A DNA stretch of 64,000 bases from Octopus vulgaris (Eukaryota). Below, in pieces: positions 24,306 to 39,490 of this stretch. The DNA is taken from contig OX597822.1 of the NCBI GenBank assembly GCA_951406725.2, positions 15,562,001 through 15,626,000 of the forward strand, in the 5' to 3' direction. The first letter of the stretch is position 1; every line of letters starts with the position of its first letter. Under the pieces are notes generated by a model that worked only from the letters and a program-made list of their open reading frames with translations, had not been told where the DNA came from and searched no databases. The position numbers and the translations under genes were made by a program.

Positions 24306-26159
24306 TATACACATTTCTGAATGTCTATTAAGTGAAGTTTCTTTTTGAAACATAGACTTTAGACACTTAATCTTCGTGGAAATAACTTTCATTGATAAAA
24401 AAAAACTTCCGGACAAATAAACGGATTTTCATGAAACCTTCATCATTGTTTTTTCATATTGAAAAATAAATAATACTGAATAGAGTGCGTATTAACATAA
24501 ATTCCATAGTTTTAGCGCTATTGCAAAAGATTTACAAAAAGCCCGTATTTTCGGAGTTTATGGGGGCTTGAAGGAGTAAATGCACTTAATTGACCATTTT
24601 TCTAGCATTTTTTTGCCCTGAGGCATTTTGAGTTTTCACAATTTCTTATTTTCACTCCACCCTAATGTAGAAATCGAAATCTGAAAGCAAAGGAACCATT
24701 CTCTGCGAGAAGCCTAACAAAAACAGTTGCTGCTTAGTTAGAATGATTATTGTTGCCCCAGAAGGGAAATGATTGTAACATGGGAAAGTCCTTAAGAACA
24801 AATTTTGCCGGATGTTCTCGACATTTTTGTGATTTCTGGATGACAGTTCAAGAAAGGGCTGTCCCTCAGTTCATGCTATAAGTAAAAAAAATATGAGTGT
24901 ATTTTATTGTTATAAGAGTACTACTAGTTGTTGTTTGGTAGTGATTAAAATTATTCAATTTCATTTTACTTGCTGGCAGTACACAAGATCCGATCTAGAC
25001 AGATAAATTGACGAGTGGATATCTGTAGGAGAGTATTTTCATCGAATTTGGCGCCATAAATAAATAATAACACTTCATAGATAAAATCAGACAATGATTT
25101 TTCTACTCAATATTGAGATAAAGTTTTCTTTATATATTCCAAGTGACAATATATATTATACACTTTATCGTATCTGTCAAATAAAATTCTGATTTTTATC
25201 GGAAGAAATTTTATCTCACATCTATCGTTACATAGATTGAGAAATCTGTATATGAATCCAGTGGGCATTTTTATATTTTTATTTTTCATTATATCTGAAA
25301 ATGTACTGCAAATCCAGCAAAATTTCTTGATGCTATCCATCTCGTATATTTATTTTGGTAACTGGGATGTTCAAATTTTCTTGTCTAATATTTCAGGTTC
25401 CTAATGTGTTTGGCAACCAAAGTATAGTGTTTTTATTTTCTTTGTTAATACAGAATAGACGATCAGATTAGCAAAGAACTAAATATTTTCCTATAATCTT
25501 TGTAGATTCTTTTATGCCTGCCTCCATGGATTATTGTTTACGGTTGGTTTCGGCTCAGTATTTTCTCTATGCAATAAATACAACATATCTTCTGCAGATG
25601 TTGATAAATGAGCTGTTGTTTCATTTTCCCTGTAGTTAACTAAATAGTAGACGCCATGTCCGCGCATATGATCCTTATCATTAATATTATTGACGAAATT
25701 TCTCACGTGTTTCTTTCGTTTTTTTTCTCTCCGTTCTGAACGTACATTCTAAAGTTTGCCTAATGTGTTCAGTTCTTAGTCCATTAGTGAAGTTTCTTCT
25801 TTAACTTAATTCCCCGAGGTTTCTATCATATTAGCTGATTGTTATTCAAGAAGCATAATCAATCCATCCCATTCTCATTATTAAATTGTAGACTTTATTT
25901 CCTTTATTGCCAAATTCTATTCACAAGTGTTGTCTGTTGAAATTATGCCCATACTATTCTCTCCCGCTGCTGTCTACCTAATTGCAGAATATCTTTTCAA
26001 CGCAGCCTAGATTTTATATCTGCTCTTCCGATTTTAACGGCTTTCTATTGTACTCATGCACATACATAGACGTACTAAATTACACAGGAATATAGTTAGA
26101 GATACTCACACTGAAGCACGTTCTGCCAATACATACAAAGACCCATACCTATGCACACG

Positions 26160-26162
<3 letters not shown>

Positions 26163-26230
<68 letters not shown>

Positions 26231-26299
26231 ATATATATATTTATATGTATATATATATATATATATACATATCTATATATGTGTATATATATATATATG

Positions 26300-26354
<55 letters not shown>

Positions 26355-26370
26355 GTATATATATATATAT
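26163..26370. repeat. (CA)n/(TA)n compound microsatellite
   Basis: Direct reading. Confidence 0.95.
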
Positions 26371-26537
26371 AGGCATATGGGATGGTGACCATTACGCAGG
26401 TATAAACGTCTACTCAGAGAAAAAAGCATCAGCCAAATGGAGAGAGGAAAAGCGAGTGAAGTAGCAAGCTTAATAGCCAAATAATATTGATAGATGTTAT
26501 ACTTAAATACATAGCGTCCTCGTCATTGTCGACATCA

Positions 26538-26568
<31 letters not shown>

Positions 26569-29500
26569 CCATCTGACAATATTTCTATCAGCAGTGTTAT
26601 GGGCATCATTGAACTAATGGTAATCGTGTCATTGCTTTAAAATATCAGAATTATTTTTTTTTAAAGTGTAAGTGGAAGAGTTAACCCCCACCCCCCCAAA
26701 AAAAACAATGATGAAATTTTAATGCGAAGAGTACAAATTAATGTCAATAGTAAAAAATCTAGTTATATTTCCATGCATTCTTACAGGTAACGTATGGAGT
26801 TTTAATTTACATTTAATTGAAACAGGTCTGCTTCCGAAATCAGTGGGGGTGGGTTTTTTTAAGATAGTAAGTAGATGACAAAAGTGCATATGACCTTTCC
26901 AGCATCTCTGCCGAGAGTCACGATTCCTGTCGTTCAGGTTTTGCTGGAAGAGGCGTTCTTCAGTATCTGAGGAGATAATGAGGAGGCAGGAAATCCAACA
27001 GGAAAGGACCGACAGACATATGTGCGTTTGTTTTCCACTACTATTCAGGTGTGTAATGAAGTGAAATTTCATGGCTCTTTGGTTTCCTAGAACCTTCGAA
27101 AGTGGTAGGGTAAGGGTGGGAATTATTCTCAAACAGGAGACGTGGTTCAAGATCTTATAGTAGAATGAACTCTCTTCTATGTACCAAGCGCCATGGGTGG
27201 TGCTAAATTAGAATACGTGTTAAAGCTGCCAAATCAAGAGCAAATATGGCGATTCATTTCATTGTTGAAACTGCAATTATTTCAAAAATCTCCACCATGA
27301 ATTCGTACCTTATTTTATTGATCCAAAAAGAAAATCGAGTGAAGTTGATTTTCTCTGGATTCGAACTCAAACCATACGTATCTATAGTCTTACCTGAAGT
27401 CATTCCTCTGACTACTGTGATATTTAGTCACCTGCTTACGAATTATCTCATGTAATTGAACTTGCTGCGTATCAAATCTTTCTAATTCAAGCACAATGAC
27501 AGCAATTCTAAGAGAAGAGATATTTGTGCATGCCATCAGCCCACTTACTGGTTTGCACGTGATTGTATGTTCTTGAAGAGATGAATGGCAAATTTGACTC
27601 CAGCGGGATGTGAACGAAAGAGCCCCAAGACATAGGACATGGCATTTTCTCCGACGCTGTTACGATACTTATAATCTAACACATGACTCGTTACATAACA
27701 ATAGTAACCAGAACAATCCTCGTCTCGTTATTTTGAATGTTATGAATGAGTGATTGTGGGTGTAGAGATCGCCATAATCCCAACAACGGCAGACATTTAT
27801 ATTTGGTAAACAGCTAAAGCATAAGAATAAATAGTCATGAACTGATTTTGATGTGAATATTTATGATTGTAGATACACCGTCAAATTAAAATATAATATC
27901 AAAAGCAAATTCAATATAACGAAGCATGGGATCAATCGACGTATTTATAAATTTACTCTTGCGTACAATACACAGCTGTAGTGTTCCCGTCCTGTGGTTC
28001 TTATTAACGCACGAGCTGTGTAGTATCTAAAACACTATTGCAATACTATTTTTGAGAGCATCAGCATTTGTAGCTCCAGAAACATTACTGAAGTCTGCAG
28101 AAATATAGTGAATATAGATAACAACATTCTCCTATTGAATTAATATTTGTTAATTATAAAAAAAGTTATTTTATAATACATAGACATTTAGATATCAAGA
28201 GGAACGTATACAACATTTTATGGATTACCTCTAGTTCAAAGGACTAGCATTTTTTGTCGCCGATAAACCGAGCAGTAATCCAGTACAGGGCTTGATATTT
28301 CTAACTGTTATCTTTCACGTTCTACCTTGACTGGAAAGGCCGTGTTTTGCCACATTTTGGGATGCTACTTCGTCCGTAAAAATTACTATAGGTGTTGAGC
28401 CGTTTGTCTATTAATTTCAAGCGTAAGAACCTAGTTGTTGTGACTGAGCAATATTCCATTAATAAGAAAATACATCTGATTTTGGCCATGAATAAAATTG
28501 AAGATGTGACGAAAGTGTGTTCCGGATTCAAGTTCTGTGCTTGCTGTGGCAAATTACGTTCCGACATGAGCCCCCTTTATCTTTTCAGCTTTCAGCTAAC
28601 CCTGATCAAAGTAAGATAAGAGACTTATCAAATTACAACACTGTCTTTTATTCAGAAACGCTTTAGAAACAGCCCATTAAATAGTTATTCAATGTTACTT
28701 ATTCACGGGAATCTTTAATCTCGCCAAAACATCATTCGTTAATTATGCGAAACCTGTCACTTGTATCAGTGATAAGAAAATTTTCTTGTTACTTAACATA
28801 TTTCGTAGATACAATTGTTGTAAGTATTTGGAACTATATCTTGGAGAATAAAAATGCAAAGTATTTCAGTCAGCAACAGACGAAGAATATGAATTAGTGA
28901 TCATGACTGCTGCAGAATCGCCAGAAGCAATTTCTTTGTCTTGCAAACAAGAGTCATGCGAATTGAATATCTAACATTAGAAATTCAGCAACTACCATAA
29001 TATACATATGATATATATATCCAGCTACATAGTGATATAAACGAGACTGTGGCTATATTACTCTTTGTGTAGTAGCGGCGTCTGTTACAAGTGTTTATAG
29101 CAGTAGGAATGAGGTCTTTAAAAAACAGTAGCAACATCTGTCATGATATTATTGTAAACAGAAGTTCAACTGAAGTGATGCTATCCAACAGTGTTAGATT
29201 CATAATTACAGTCAGTTTTCAGACGATAGTTCTATTCATTACACGATGTCAAACAGAATGGCAAAAGAACCAAAAAAGTTGATTACGGAGAATTTACTTT
29301 ATTTTTCGAAAGATACATATTTTCATTGATATTCTCTTTTTTTGTTGTATAGAAATACGTCAGCCTCGATCCAGGAGGCGTTTGAGGAAAACAATTCATT
29401 CATGACTGTCCCTTCTTTGCTTTCAAAACAATTATTGCTGGACATGGCACCCATCTCCTTCAGAGACAGTAGGCTATGATTTGAGGGAAGTCTGTAACAG

Positions 29501-30323
29501 ATTCAGCAACTGTGTGGCTGTTAACTCGTCGAGTTATTGAGTTTTAGATAAGATGAAATGAAATAGAATACAGTGACATGGTGACTCTCTAAGGTACAGA
29601 AGCATCAAAGGTGATGCAGGTGAAGTGAAAGGGTTTGTTCTTTTCTATATTTATCACAGTAATTATTTAAACTTGAAATAATTTCAAGTCCAAAATATTC
29701 AGCGAATCTCATTGGCTTGTGCAACACGTCTCCCCGCTCTATCACTTCTCCCTAAAACGTCAGTCTCTTTAGAAGTCATCACAATGTTGAAGTCGCGTGA
29801 GAAACTATGAGATTCTGCGGCCTTGTTAACAGTCAATGGTACTGAGCTTCTCTCTCTAAAGAAGACATTCAATACAGTCGAGATTTAGGGTTTGTAAAAT
29901 CGATCCTATTGTTACTCGTATTACGAATGAAGTCAAACGAAGAGACATATAAACTGCAGTATTTAAACTCTTCTTATTTCATCAAACACAGAATAAGGAA
30001 ATATTGATGAAGACTGGACTCGAAATGCGAGTTAAGAACAGGGCAGTAGTAAGTACTTATAGGTCATTTAATGTGGAATGCATTGTTTCAGCAGTCTCCT
30101 CATCTTCATGCAAATTTCTTATGATTATTGCGAGGTAATATTTATCTCCATTTAAACGTGGATGCTCCCTCACAACAAACTCTACTGTGGTAGATACCAC
30201 GAGGGAAAACTCTCATATTGGCTTTTGGTGCAAAATGCTCTCTTGTATACATTGCTAGCGGGGATATAAATTCCCGCCATCCCCAGCGCCGAGACCACGA
30301 CTAAGTTATATTGACTCGTTTCC

Positions 30324-30525
<202 letters not shown>

Positions 30526-30744
30526 ACTATACACATATACGTGACACATATGCACACATACTCATACGTAGGCACATGTATATACATGTACATACACACA
30601 CACACATACTCACAGTCTTTCTAACATTTCTCCATAACGACGTGAAGTTTTCCATTTATACCTTTATCGTTCTTTAACTTAATCATGAAGGCACGTGAAA
30701 GACATATCGTTATCAACCTTTTTTCTCACGACCCATTTCAGAGA

Positions 30745-30953
30745 TATTGGTTTTGAAATTTGGTTCAAGGCCGGCAACTTCGGGGTTGGAGGAAGTCTAT
30801 TACAACGATCTCAGTGTTCAACCGCTACGTATTCTTTCGATCCTGATTGGATGAAAGGCAAAGTCAGTCTCGGCAGAATTTGAACTTAACGACTGACGAA
30901 AGGCCACGAAGCATTTTGTCCAGTTTGCTAAAGATTCTGCCAGCTCGTTTGCC
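30745..30953 (-). mobile_element. SINE family B, diverged
   Basis: ggatgaaaggcaaagtcagtctcggcagaatttgaact...gattctgccagctcg. Confidence 0.8.
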
Positions 30954-32650
30954 TTACCTATATACAGATAATAAAATTTTTCATAGAAGTACGTGTCACC
31001 GACACAGAACCGCAATGAATGCCTCTGATTCTGACTTTATCGATCAGTAAGTATGTTGGCAATGAACCAACACATGTGTGATGGTCAGAATTCAAACCAT
31101 TTTATTAGTCTTCCAGTCTTTCATGCTTTCTTATGGTTTGTAATTCAAGAAAGAAATTGTAATTCTACGAAACATAAGAACTATTTGTTGAAGTAAGGAA
31201 TAGCAACAGTATTGGAAGTAAGAAAAAATTCCAAAATATGAGAAGATTCAGTTGGATGATAGTAGTAGTAGTAGTAGTAGTAGTATTCTACTACTACCAT
31301 TACTACATGCCAAATAGAAACGTCGATGCTTACACCAGTTGCTGTGGTTGTAAAATATGTTCGTATTGGTAACAGCTGTAACAGTCGCGGCTGCAGTTAA
31401 TGAAAATCATTGCATATTTTTCTGTTGCTTCTGATATGAAATATCAAATATTTTACAATATATTATATAAAACATATTGATGTTTTTGCAGTGAAGTTTC
31501 TCCATTTTCGTCTTCTTCTTCTTCGCAGTCTTCTCTGCATAGTGGTTCTTTTCGCCTTAAAGTTAACAACCGCTATAGAAATATGTGCAGACTATCTAAA
31601 AACTTTACTATTTATTCAATATTACTTTAAATTACTGAAGTCCAGCTGTTATATGCCGCCAAACAAACAGATATTTTAGATTCTGTTGCCATTAGACTGC
31701 ACAAAATATAAACTATATCGACACCAAAGCGCCTCTTTGATACCAGCCCGTTGAATTTCTGTTTATTGTAGTTGTTTTATCGAAACCTTTGCTACAGAGA
31801 TCAATAAAAAGAAAATCAATACAATTCAATAATTTTTTCACCAAAATAATAATAGTTCCAACAACAACATACACAAATACAATAATAATAATAATAATTT
31901 TGTCTTTTCGTTTATATTTCTTTTCTTTTTCTCACTTCGTGTATTAATCTTGCTCCGTCCCCATAGATATTTAGGTATGTATGTATCTATGTACATACAT
32001 GTGTATGTGTTTGTGTGTGTGTGTGCGTTCTTCCAGAATTTGTTTGACTGTTTATATCTTGAGGATTTTTAATGTTTGAAAACAAATACCAAGGAGTTAT
32101 GGAGATATTGCGTTCGTTTTTCTCCCGCATTATCATCATAGTTATTTTGATTCTTTCAAATTTCCTTCGTTCAGCAAAAGAAAATGAAATACAAAAATAG
32201 ATATAGAATTTTTTTTTTTAAATAAATATTGGAATTTTCTAAGCTTCTTGTATTTTGCAATGTTCTTACTTAAGCTTAGCAGAGAATTCATTGAGATTTG
32301 TTTTCCCATTCGTGTTCATGCGTTAAATTGTCGATAGAAATTTGGGAGTGGGGGAAGAACAATCATCAACACGTCTTCGCACACTTAACACAAATAGAGT
32401 CGAAAGTACTCTCGAACAGAGATTAAGCTCTCTCTACCTCTCTATATATACATACACATATTTGCTTACATACAGATATACACATACTCTTATGTATATG
32501 TAGAGATAGTCTAAGTACGTACATATATGTTTCTATATACGCATGCACAAATATCTGTATGTATATGTGTGTATATGTTATAAATATATGTATACGTTTA
32601 TATGTATATGACCGTATGTATATATATATGTGTGTGTGTATTTGTTTGGA

Positions 32651-32955
32651 GGCACATGGCCTAGTTGTTAGAGCAGCGGAGTCGCGGTCGAGGGATGGCG
32701 GATTCGAATCTCAGACTGGGCGATGTGTGGGTTTATGAGCGAAAAACCTAAGCTCCACGCGGCTCCGGCAGAAAGTAATGGCGAACTTCTGCTGACTCTT
32801 TCGCCACAACTTTCTCTCACTCTTTCCTCCTGCATCTTGCAGCTCAACTGTGACGGACCGGAGTCCCGTCCAGGTGGGGAACCTATACGCCAAGGAAACC
32901 AAGAAACCGGCCCTTATGAGCCAGGCGTGGCTCGAGAAAGAACAAACAACAACAA
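32651..32955 (+). mobile_element. SINE family D, full length, (AAC)n tail
   Basis: ggcacatggcctagttgttagagcagcggagtcgcggtc...ggattcgaatc; body colinear with 5661-5969. Confidence 0.88.
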
Positions 32956-32987
32956 TATAGATATATATACACACACACACACATATG

Positions 32988-33092
<105 letters not shown>

Positions 33093-33345
33093 GTGTATAT
33101 GACTGTAAGTTTATACATATAATATCAATATAATAAGGATAAGATTTTTATTTTAAATAGCGATCAAATCTAGCGCAAGCATGGGAAGAAAAAAAAGCTT
33201 TATAGGTTAGAATAATTATTAAAACTATAAACAGTGGTATCTAAAAGATACCACCATCCTTGAAAGCGCAGTCAAAAACTGACTCTAAAACTACATCAAG
33301 TATTCAATACAGCACAAGTTGAAAAGACAAAAGACAAATGAACTA

Positions 33346-34589
33346 TTAGGTCATCAAGTATGAAAACTGCAGAAAATATAAGTTTGCTAATGTTTTATAA
33401 ATAGAAGGAATAGTTTTATTCATCAAAGTATGCACCCATATTGTCAATACCCTTTTGCCATTTCAGCGGTAGCTTGTCCATTCGGGAACTGTAAGAGCCT
33501 GGCAATCTAGAGGCTATGAAATCTTGGAAGGCTTGTTTTACAGCCTCGTCGGAATTACATTTGTTTCCTATCAAACAGTCACCCAAATTCTGGAAGTAGT
33601 AGTATTCAGTGGGGGCAAGATCAGGTGAGTATGTTGGATGATGGAGAACTTCCAACTCCTGTAGTTTCGCCAATGTCATTTTTGCGACGTGTGGTCTGGC
33701 GTTGTCTTGCGATAAAATAGTAGATCGGTTGACTAATCTAGGCTGTTTTTTGTAAATTTCTGCATCATTTGGTCCAGTTGGCAGCAGTATACTTCGGCCA
33801 TGATTAATGAGCCAGGTTTAATTAAATCAAAATGGATCATACCTGTGCCAACAAACGCACACCATTAGCCTCTTTTGATGAAGTTTGCGCTTTGGACTGT
33901 GTGTTGTTCGATCGTCTTTCTCCAACAATTGTGCTGAGCGTTTACGGTTGTTGCATTGGATCCATTTCTCATTAGGTGTTACAATTCGATTCAAAAATAA
34001 TTCATTTTTGTGACGAGAAAGTAGCATAATGCAGGCTTCCAAACCTTGCTGTCTCTGATTTTCATTCAGTTCATATGGAACCAACTTATCCAACTTTTTC
34101 ACCTTACCAATTTGAACTAGGTGAGTCAATATTGTTTGCCTGCTAACACCAAACAAAAACGATAATTCACGGGCACTTTGAGATGGATCTGACTCGACGG
34201 CGGCTTTCAGTTCGTCGTAATCCACCTTTGTCGACCGCGTTTCTTATTTGTGAGGTCAAAGTTACCAGAATGAAATTTTGGAAACCAATTTGATATTGTC
34301 TGCTGTGTAATAACGTTAGAATGAAATAATCCATTAATATTCCGTGCTGTCTGTGATGCTGTATTTCCAAGAACTCATTTCAAAACAGTACGAATTTCCG
34401 ACTTATCCATCTCTAAACAATAATAGCAAAACATGATTTATAAATACTTTATAAAGAGCAAAATGAGTTAGAATAAAGAAATAGATATGCCAGCTTTCTA
34501 AAAAAAATTTAGATTGTCAGAATATAATAAGGAACAGCTGTGAAAGTTTACCATGTACCTTACTACAAATTTAATACTTAACGACCTAC
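33346..34589 (-). mobile_element. Mariner (DD34D) transposon, near full length (~1.24 kb), defective
   Basis: TIRs taggtcatcaagtatgaaaactgcag (33347-) and its diverged complement (-34588), 20/26 match; transposase pseudo-ORF 34410-33416 with LVPYEL, IVTPNEKWI, QDNARPH, YSPDLAPTEYYYF; frameshifts and stops. Confidence 0.92.
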
Positions 34590-34871
34590 TTGTAATTCCA
34601 GACCCTCGGCTTCTTGCTATTCAAAATAAATTCATGGGTAGTGGCTTGTGAATATATCGTTTTTAATATTTGCGTGGGTATTATTCTAAAGCCCTTGTAA
34701 AAGTGTCATTTGTGGTGGACGCATTCAAAAGGGGTTTATATTTTGTGATAAATATGACTCTTTGCTAATTTGCTGATTACAGGCTGCATCGCCCCTGAAT
34801 TGATAGAAGGGAAGCATTCTGAAGCTGGGTTGTTTGTTATCGACGCAAATGTCGATGTGTTCGCTGAATGC

Positions 34872-34903
<32 letters not shown>

Positions 34904-36193
34904 TGTATGTATGTATGTATGTATGTATGTATGTGTGTATGTATGTGTGTATGTATGTATGTATGTATGTATGTAGGTATGTATACACAATCAGATAAAT
35001 ATGCATAAATATATACATGAATATAAACACATGTGTGAGTGTGTGTGTCTATTTTTATACAAGAATATTGTTGAAAGCGACTTCGAAGTTTGGGCCAAAT
35101 AAGCTATCGTCGGACTACGATAAAATTAGAGTTACTCTTGTCTTTATATCGACTGTGTTGCGCTAAAATCTTCCTTAGGGGTGTGAGTTTGGGTGGGTGG
35201 TAATTGGATTTTAGTATGAGTTGTAGTGGAGAGGTATTTTGGCGAAATTATTGTTGATTAAATTTGAGGTTATGTTATCGTTTCGAATATGTATATCTAT
35301 GTAGAGCTTTCTAAGCAGGCGTGTATATTTAATTGTACCCGTTTGTTTGATAGCAACGCATGAGTTAGTAGCTTCGTCAGTTTCCGTTTTGACAGAGCAA
35401 AGTTCATGTTCGAGGAGACTTTAATTTGATTTTAAGCTCCATTAATTGAATCGAAAGAAGCAAATGTAAACATGGGAAATGTCCAGATGTCTGTAACTCT
35501 TTCCTTTGCACAAATCAATCTTTTGCATTTAATAATTTGCAATTACTCAAAATCAGAATCCTTTCAATATCATCAAACCAGAAATATTTGTTTTCAAAAC
35601 AACGACATGCGTCGTCACAAATGCTCTTCGATATTTTGTCTCGTATCATGTTTCTTAAAACGCATATACATGACCATTTTCTCATCTGAAGCAGGATACC
35701 AGTTTTTTTCCATGAATGTACCTCTTTAGATTAAATTCTTCCTCGTTATCGTGCATACAACCATACACGTATGAAGCTTGTAATTATGATACCTGTCTAG
35801 GTTAAAACATGTTCACAAAACGTCTGTGCTGCAAAGAGTTTTATATCTGGGAACATTATTAAAATTTTGTATTTTGGTGATTTGTGTAGAGATGATAAAT
35901 ATATAGAAGAATTGTCTACCTAATTTAATAAATCAAATGGATCAACATTAGCGGCAAATTCAACAAGAAATATGGAATACTACGATTGCCATCAAGTTTC
36001 TTGGCTTGATCATTAAGATTGAATTGGTATATTAAGGTAGGGTGTTGATAGAAATCGCAGCATTATTGTTAAAAAATACGTTGACAGCAATGTACTGTAA
36101 AGCAGACTTGAGTATTTTAGAGGATATACGAAAGTCGGTTGAACAATTCATAAGCCGATCAAGATACTCGCATGGAATGTGACCAACTGTGGT

Positions 36194-36800
36194 CTAATTT
36201 TCCCCATAGACCTTCTTGCGGTCCATATACATCTTCCATCGGTTTTGCAGTGCTTGGATTCTTTTAGTGAAGAAACTTTCATCATCCTGTTGGTCAAAAC
36301 ATGTGATCAGCAACAGGTATGACGTCACCGTGTCTGTGATACTAGCTTTTCTTTTATTTAGGGAAAGGATTATAGTCAAATGGAGCCACATCAGGATAAT
36401 ACGGAGGATGATCTATCAATTCAAGCCACAGGCAGAGACAACGGCCTTTGAAACCGGAGACGTGTGTGTGCAGCATTGTCTCGATGAAACAAGACCTCCT
36501 TCGTCGGCTACCTGGGGTTTTGGTCTTAAAATTCCTTCCTAACTCTCTCAGTAAGTTGGCACTCTTATCTCCATTGATGGTGTGGGTCATTTGATGAAAG
36601 CAAACAAGCACAATGCATTTTGCCTTCCAACAAACCAAGGCCATCACCTTGACCTTCTTTGGAGCAGGTGAGAAAGGGTATTTCCACTGCATGGCTTGTC
36701 TCTATGTCTCTGGCTCAAAGTCAGATTCGCTTTTGTTCAGGTGTTAGATGTGGCACCCACCGAGCAGAAACCTTCATCATGCCAATTTCATTGGGCAGAA
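36194..36800 (-). mobile_element. Second mariner transposase remnant (different subfamily)
   Basis: SMQWKYPFSPAPKKVKVMALVCW, HPPYYPDVAPFDY..FPK, IQALQNRWKMYMDRK..YGEN*. Confidence 0.85.
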
Positions 36801-37844
36801 TATTCTCAACTCTCTCACAGAATATGCTAGTAATCCTCAAACTCCTCCTCATATGTCTCAATGATTCTTTCACTGTTTACGTGTGCATGTAGTGTTTCTT
36901 TACTCATTGCCTGCTCTTAAGCTTCGTTTGTGTACTCATCCCGTGTCTTTTATGTTGATTCTCTCTTGTACTCCCTCTCCCAATATATCTCTATACTCTA
37001 TGTAAGGCGTGACGAGAGAAACCAACCAACGAACATTTCTACAAGCATGCTAATATTATATGGAAACTTAAGGAATTGCAGATATAACAATCTTGAACGC
37101 TTTCGATGTGTATTGTTTGTGAGTAGGAACGGTATAATAGTGAAAGCATACTTTTGTGCAAATTAATTGACTTTGGTTGCTATCGAAGGAGAATAATTGG
37201 AAGACATTTACGAAGTTTCCGTTCATGAAAACGATGTAAATCCATCGCAAGGTGTCTCAGTAGCTGTAGCTGACGCCTCTGTATGAAAGATTAAAATGGA
37301 ATAAAGGAAGTATTCGTAATGTCAGCGACAAAATCATTAACGAACAAGAACAAATCAAATTTGCCCATGCATGAACAGAATTCGTTACACAATTATCATG
37401 AACCAGCATAGAAAACAGAAACTGTTCCATAATTTGCCTTGTTATTTTCATATATCATCATCATCATCGTCATCAACTTTTAACGTCCATATTCCAGGCT
37501 TGCATGTGGAAAACCATGTGTGTGTGTATGTGTGTGTGTGTATGCCTTATATATATATATCTTTATACATACATACACACACACACACGTACATGCTGGC
37601 TTAAAATTCGAACAGCGTGCGGACTTTTCAGCTAGCTCCTGCAGATGGTAAATCAGGCCTGTGGCCCAAAACTAAAGTGTTCCATAATAGTAAATCATAT
37701 GACTTTAAATTCGGATTAAATGAAAAAATTGTAACTTCATAAAGTTTCAGAATTCTTTTAAAATTTGAACAGAAGATACATATGTGTTTGTTTGTGTGTG
37801 TCTGTGTGTGTATGCGTATAGATATGTATGTATATACGTATCGT

Positions 37845-38040
37845 GACTTTGTGTCTGTGTTTCTTCCCTACCACTGCTTGATGACTGGTGTTGCTTTGTT
37901 GACGTTCACGTAACTTAGCGATGCGATAAAAGAGGCCAAAAAAAGTACGAAGCATAAAAAAGAAAGAACTGCCACCGATTAAAATTCTTCAAGACAGTGC
38001 CCCAGCGTGGTCACAGTCGGATGACTGAAAAAGATATAAG
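37845..38040 (+). mobile_element. SINE family A 3' half, diverged
   Basis: ccactgcttgatgactggtgtt...gtaacttagcg...gtgccccagcgtggtcacagtc..atgactgaaa. Confidence 0.7.
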
Positions 38041-39193
38041 AACCACTAAATTCCGTAGTAAACATTAAAACTACGGCAGGTCAATCTTGTACCGCTTATG
38101 GTTGTTTACCTGCAGGAAATAGCAACCAAAATGCTTTTAAATCAGATCCCAATCCTAGATATTCAAGAACCAACTGAAAGATAGATTTTCAATCCTGGGA
38201 CCATCCTGGTTCCCAAAAAGGTATAATATTTTTATCTAGAGCAAATGTAGGCTGAGACACAAACGTCTCACACAGATATAATTTCGCTTTTATTAATATA
38301 GATAACACACACACACACACACACACATGCATATATATATATATATTACTTAAATACATATATAATGTTAATATATGTGATTGTGTGTGTATGTGTGTAT
38401 GTGTGTTTGATAAATACCTTTCAGGTGTGATAGTAATCACTTCGACATACTGTCGTCTTTCAGCCCTGGATATCAATGAAGTACAACGTTTAGACCAAGT
38501 GCAGTGGTATTTAAACAATATGTATTTAAAGATGTGTTCATGCATTTTCCATTATAATTCAATATCAATGTTATGTTCATATTTTATACATACTTTCTTT
38601 GTTTAATCACTTCGTCGTGTGCATAAAACCACTCCAAGTATAGACATTCTATACAGGATGAATATATCTATTAAATATAGCAATGGAAGTTTATTAGAAT
38701 TTTGTGAAATAATTGAGTCCTATAAACATCTGTGAAAGTGAAATCGCCAAGGAAACTAATTAATCTCGATTGGTTTTGAACAATTTTGTTTATGTGAAGT
38801 TTTGCATATATGAAATAAACTGTAGTTATAACGCTTATGTGTATAAATGATGAAAGTTTTTGTGGCAATTAGTATTAAACATAAAATAAAATCTATCAAG
38901 TAGAAATTGACACGAAATGATTGGGGTTTTCGGACAAATTTGTATATTGAAAATATTAGAGGCACCATTCACACTGACGCAACCTATCAAGCAGTCTACG
39001 TAAGCCCTTTCGAGTCACTTTGTTGCTGACATAAGTCGACGGAAGGGAGATGTGCTTCTCAAATGCTAAGAAATATTTTACAGTCCTTGGGAAGAAATGT
39101 ATGAAGAAATGAGGTACAACTGAATATATATATGTGTGCGCGCGTGTGTGTGTGTGTGTGTGTAATTGTGTATGTGTGTTTATGAGTATATAA

Positions 39194-39260
<67 letters not shown>

Positions 39261-39490
39261 TTATATTTAATTATACATACATTTGTATAGACATATATAG
39301 ATGCATACATGCACAAACGCACACATATATTATAATATATATAACTTTTTTATGCGATAGTGAATCTCGAAGTAGCAGATAAAGTTATAAATATTAACAT
39401 GGAATGGTACGTTTACAGAGGATGCGTGGTCGAGTCCCGATAGTGGTCCTTGACATTTTCTAACCCATATGGATTCCAACTCAATATCTA

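Larger units (their letters stand above)
22660..24664 (+). mobile_element. hAT-like (hATm-type) DNA transposon 3' remnant, interrupted at ~23640-24310
   Basis: SHSGWLTTAIGILRLY, VIQRKGIFAHPENFL..RGHICELAIRRI, FQVPQIN, FPCHSQSVER; the right end ...CACTCCACCCTA (24664) reads TAGGGTG on the minus strand, as I recall for hATm TIRs. Subfamily call is from memory. Confidence 0.65.

Noticed and set aside
25107-25706. Two short minus-strand ORFs with protein-like composition
   Set aside because: No recognisable motif and interrupted by stops; cannot be assigned without a search.
33233-33254. Small hairpin gtggtatct-aaa-agataccac, a possible Helitron 3' end
   Set aside because: No CTRR terminus at the expected distance and no other Helitron evidence.
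35068-35120. Minus-strand CCGACGA...GAAG motif
   Set aside because: No helix I or III pairing; too degenerate.
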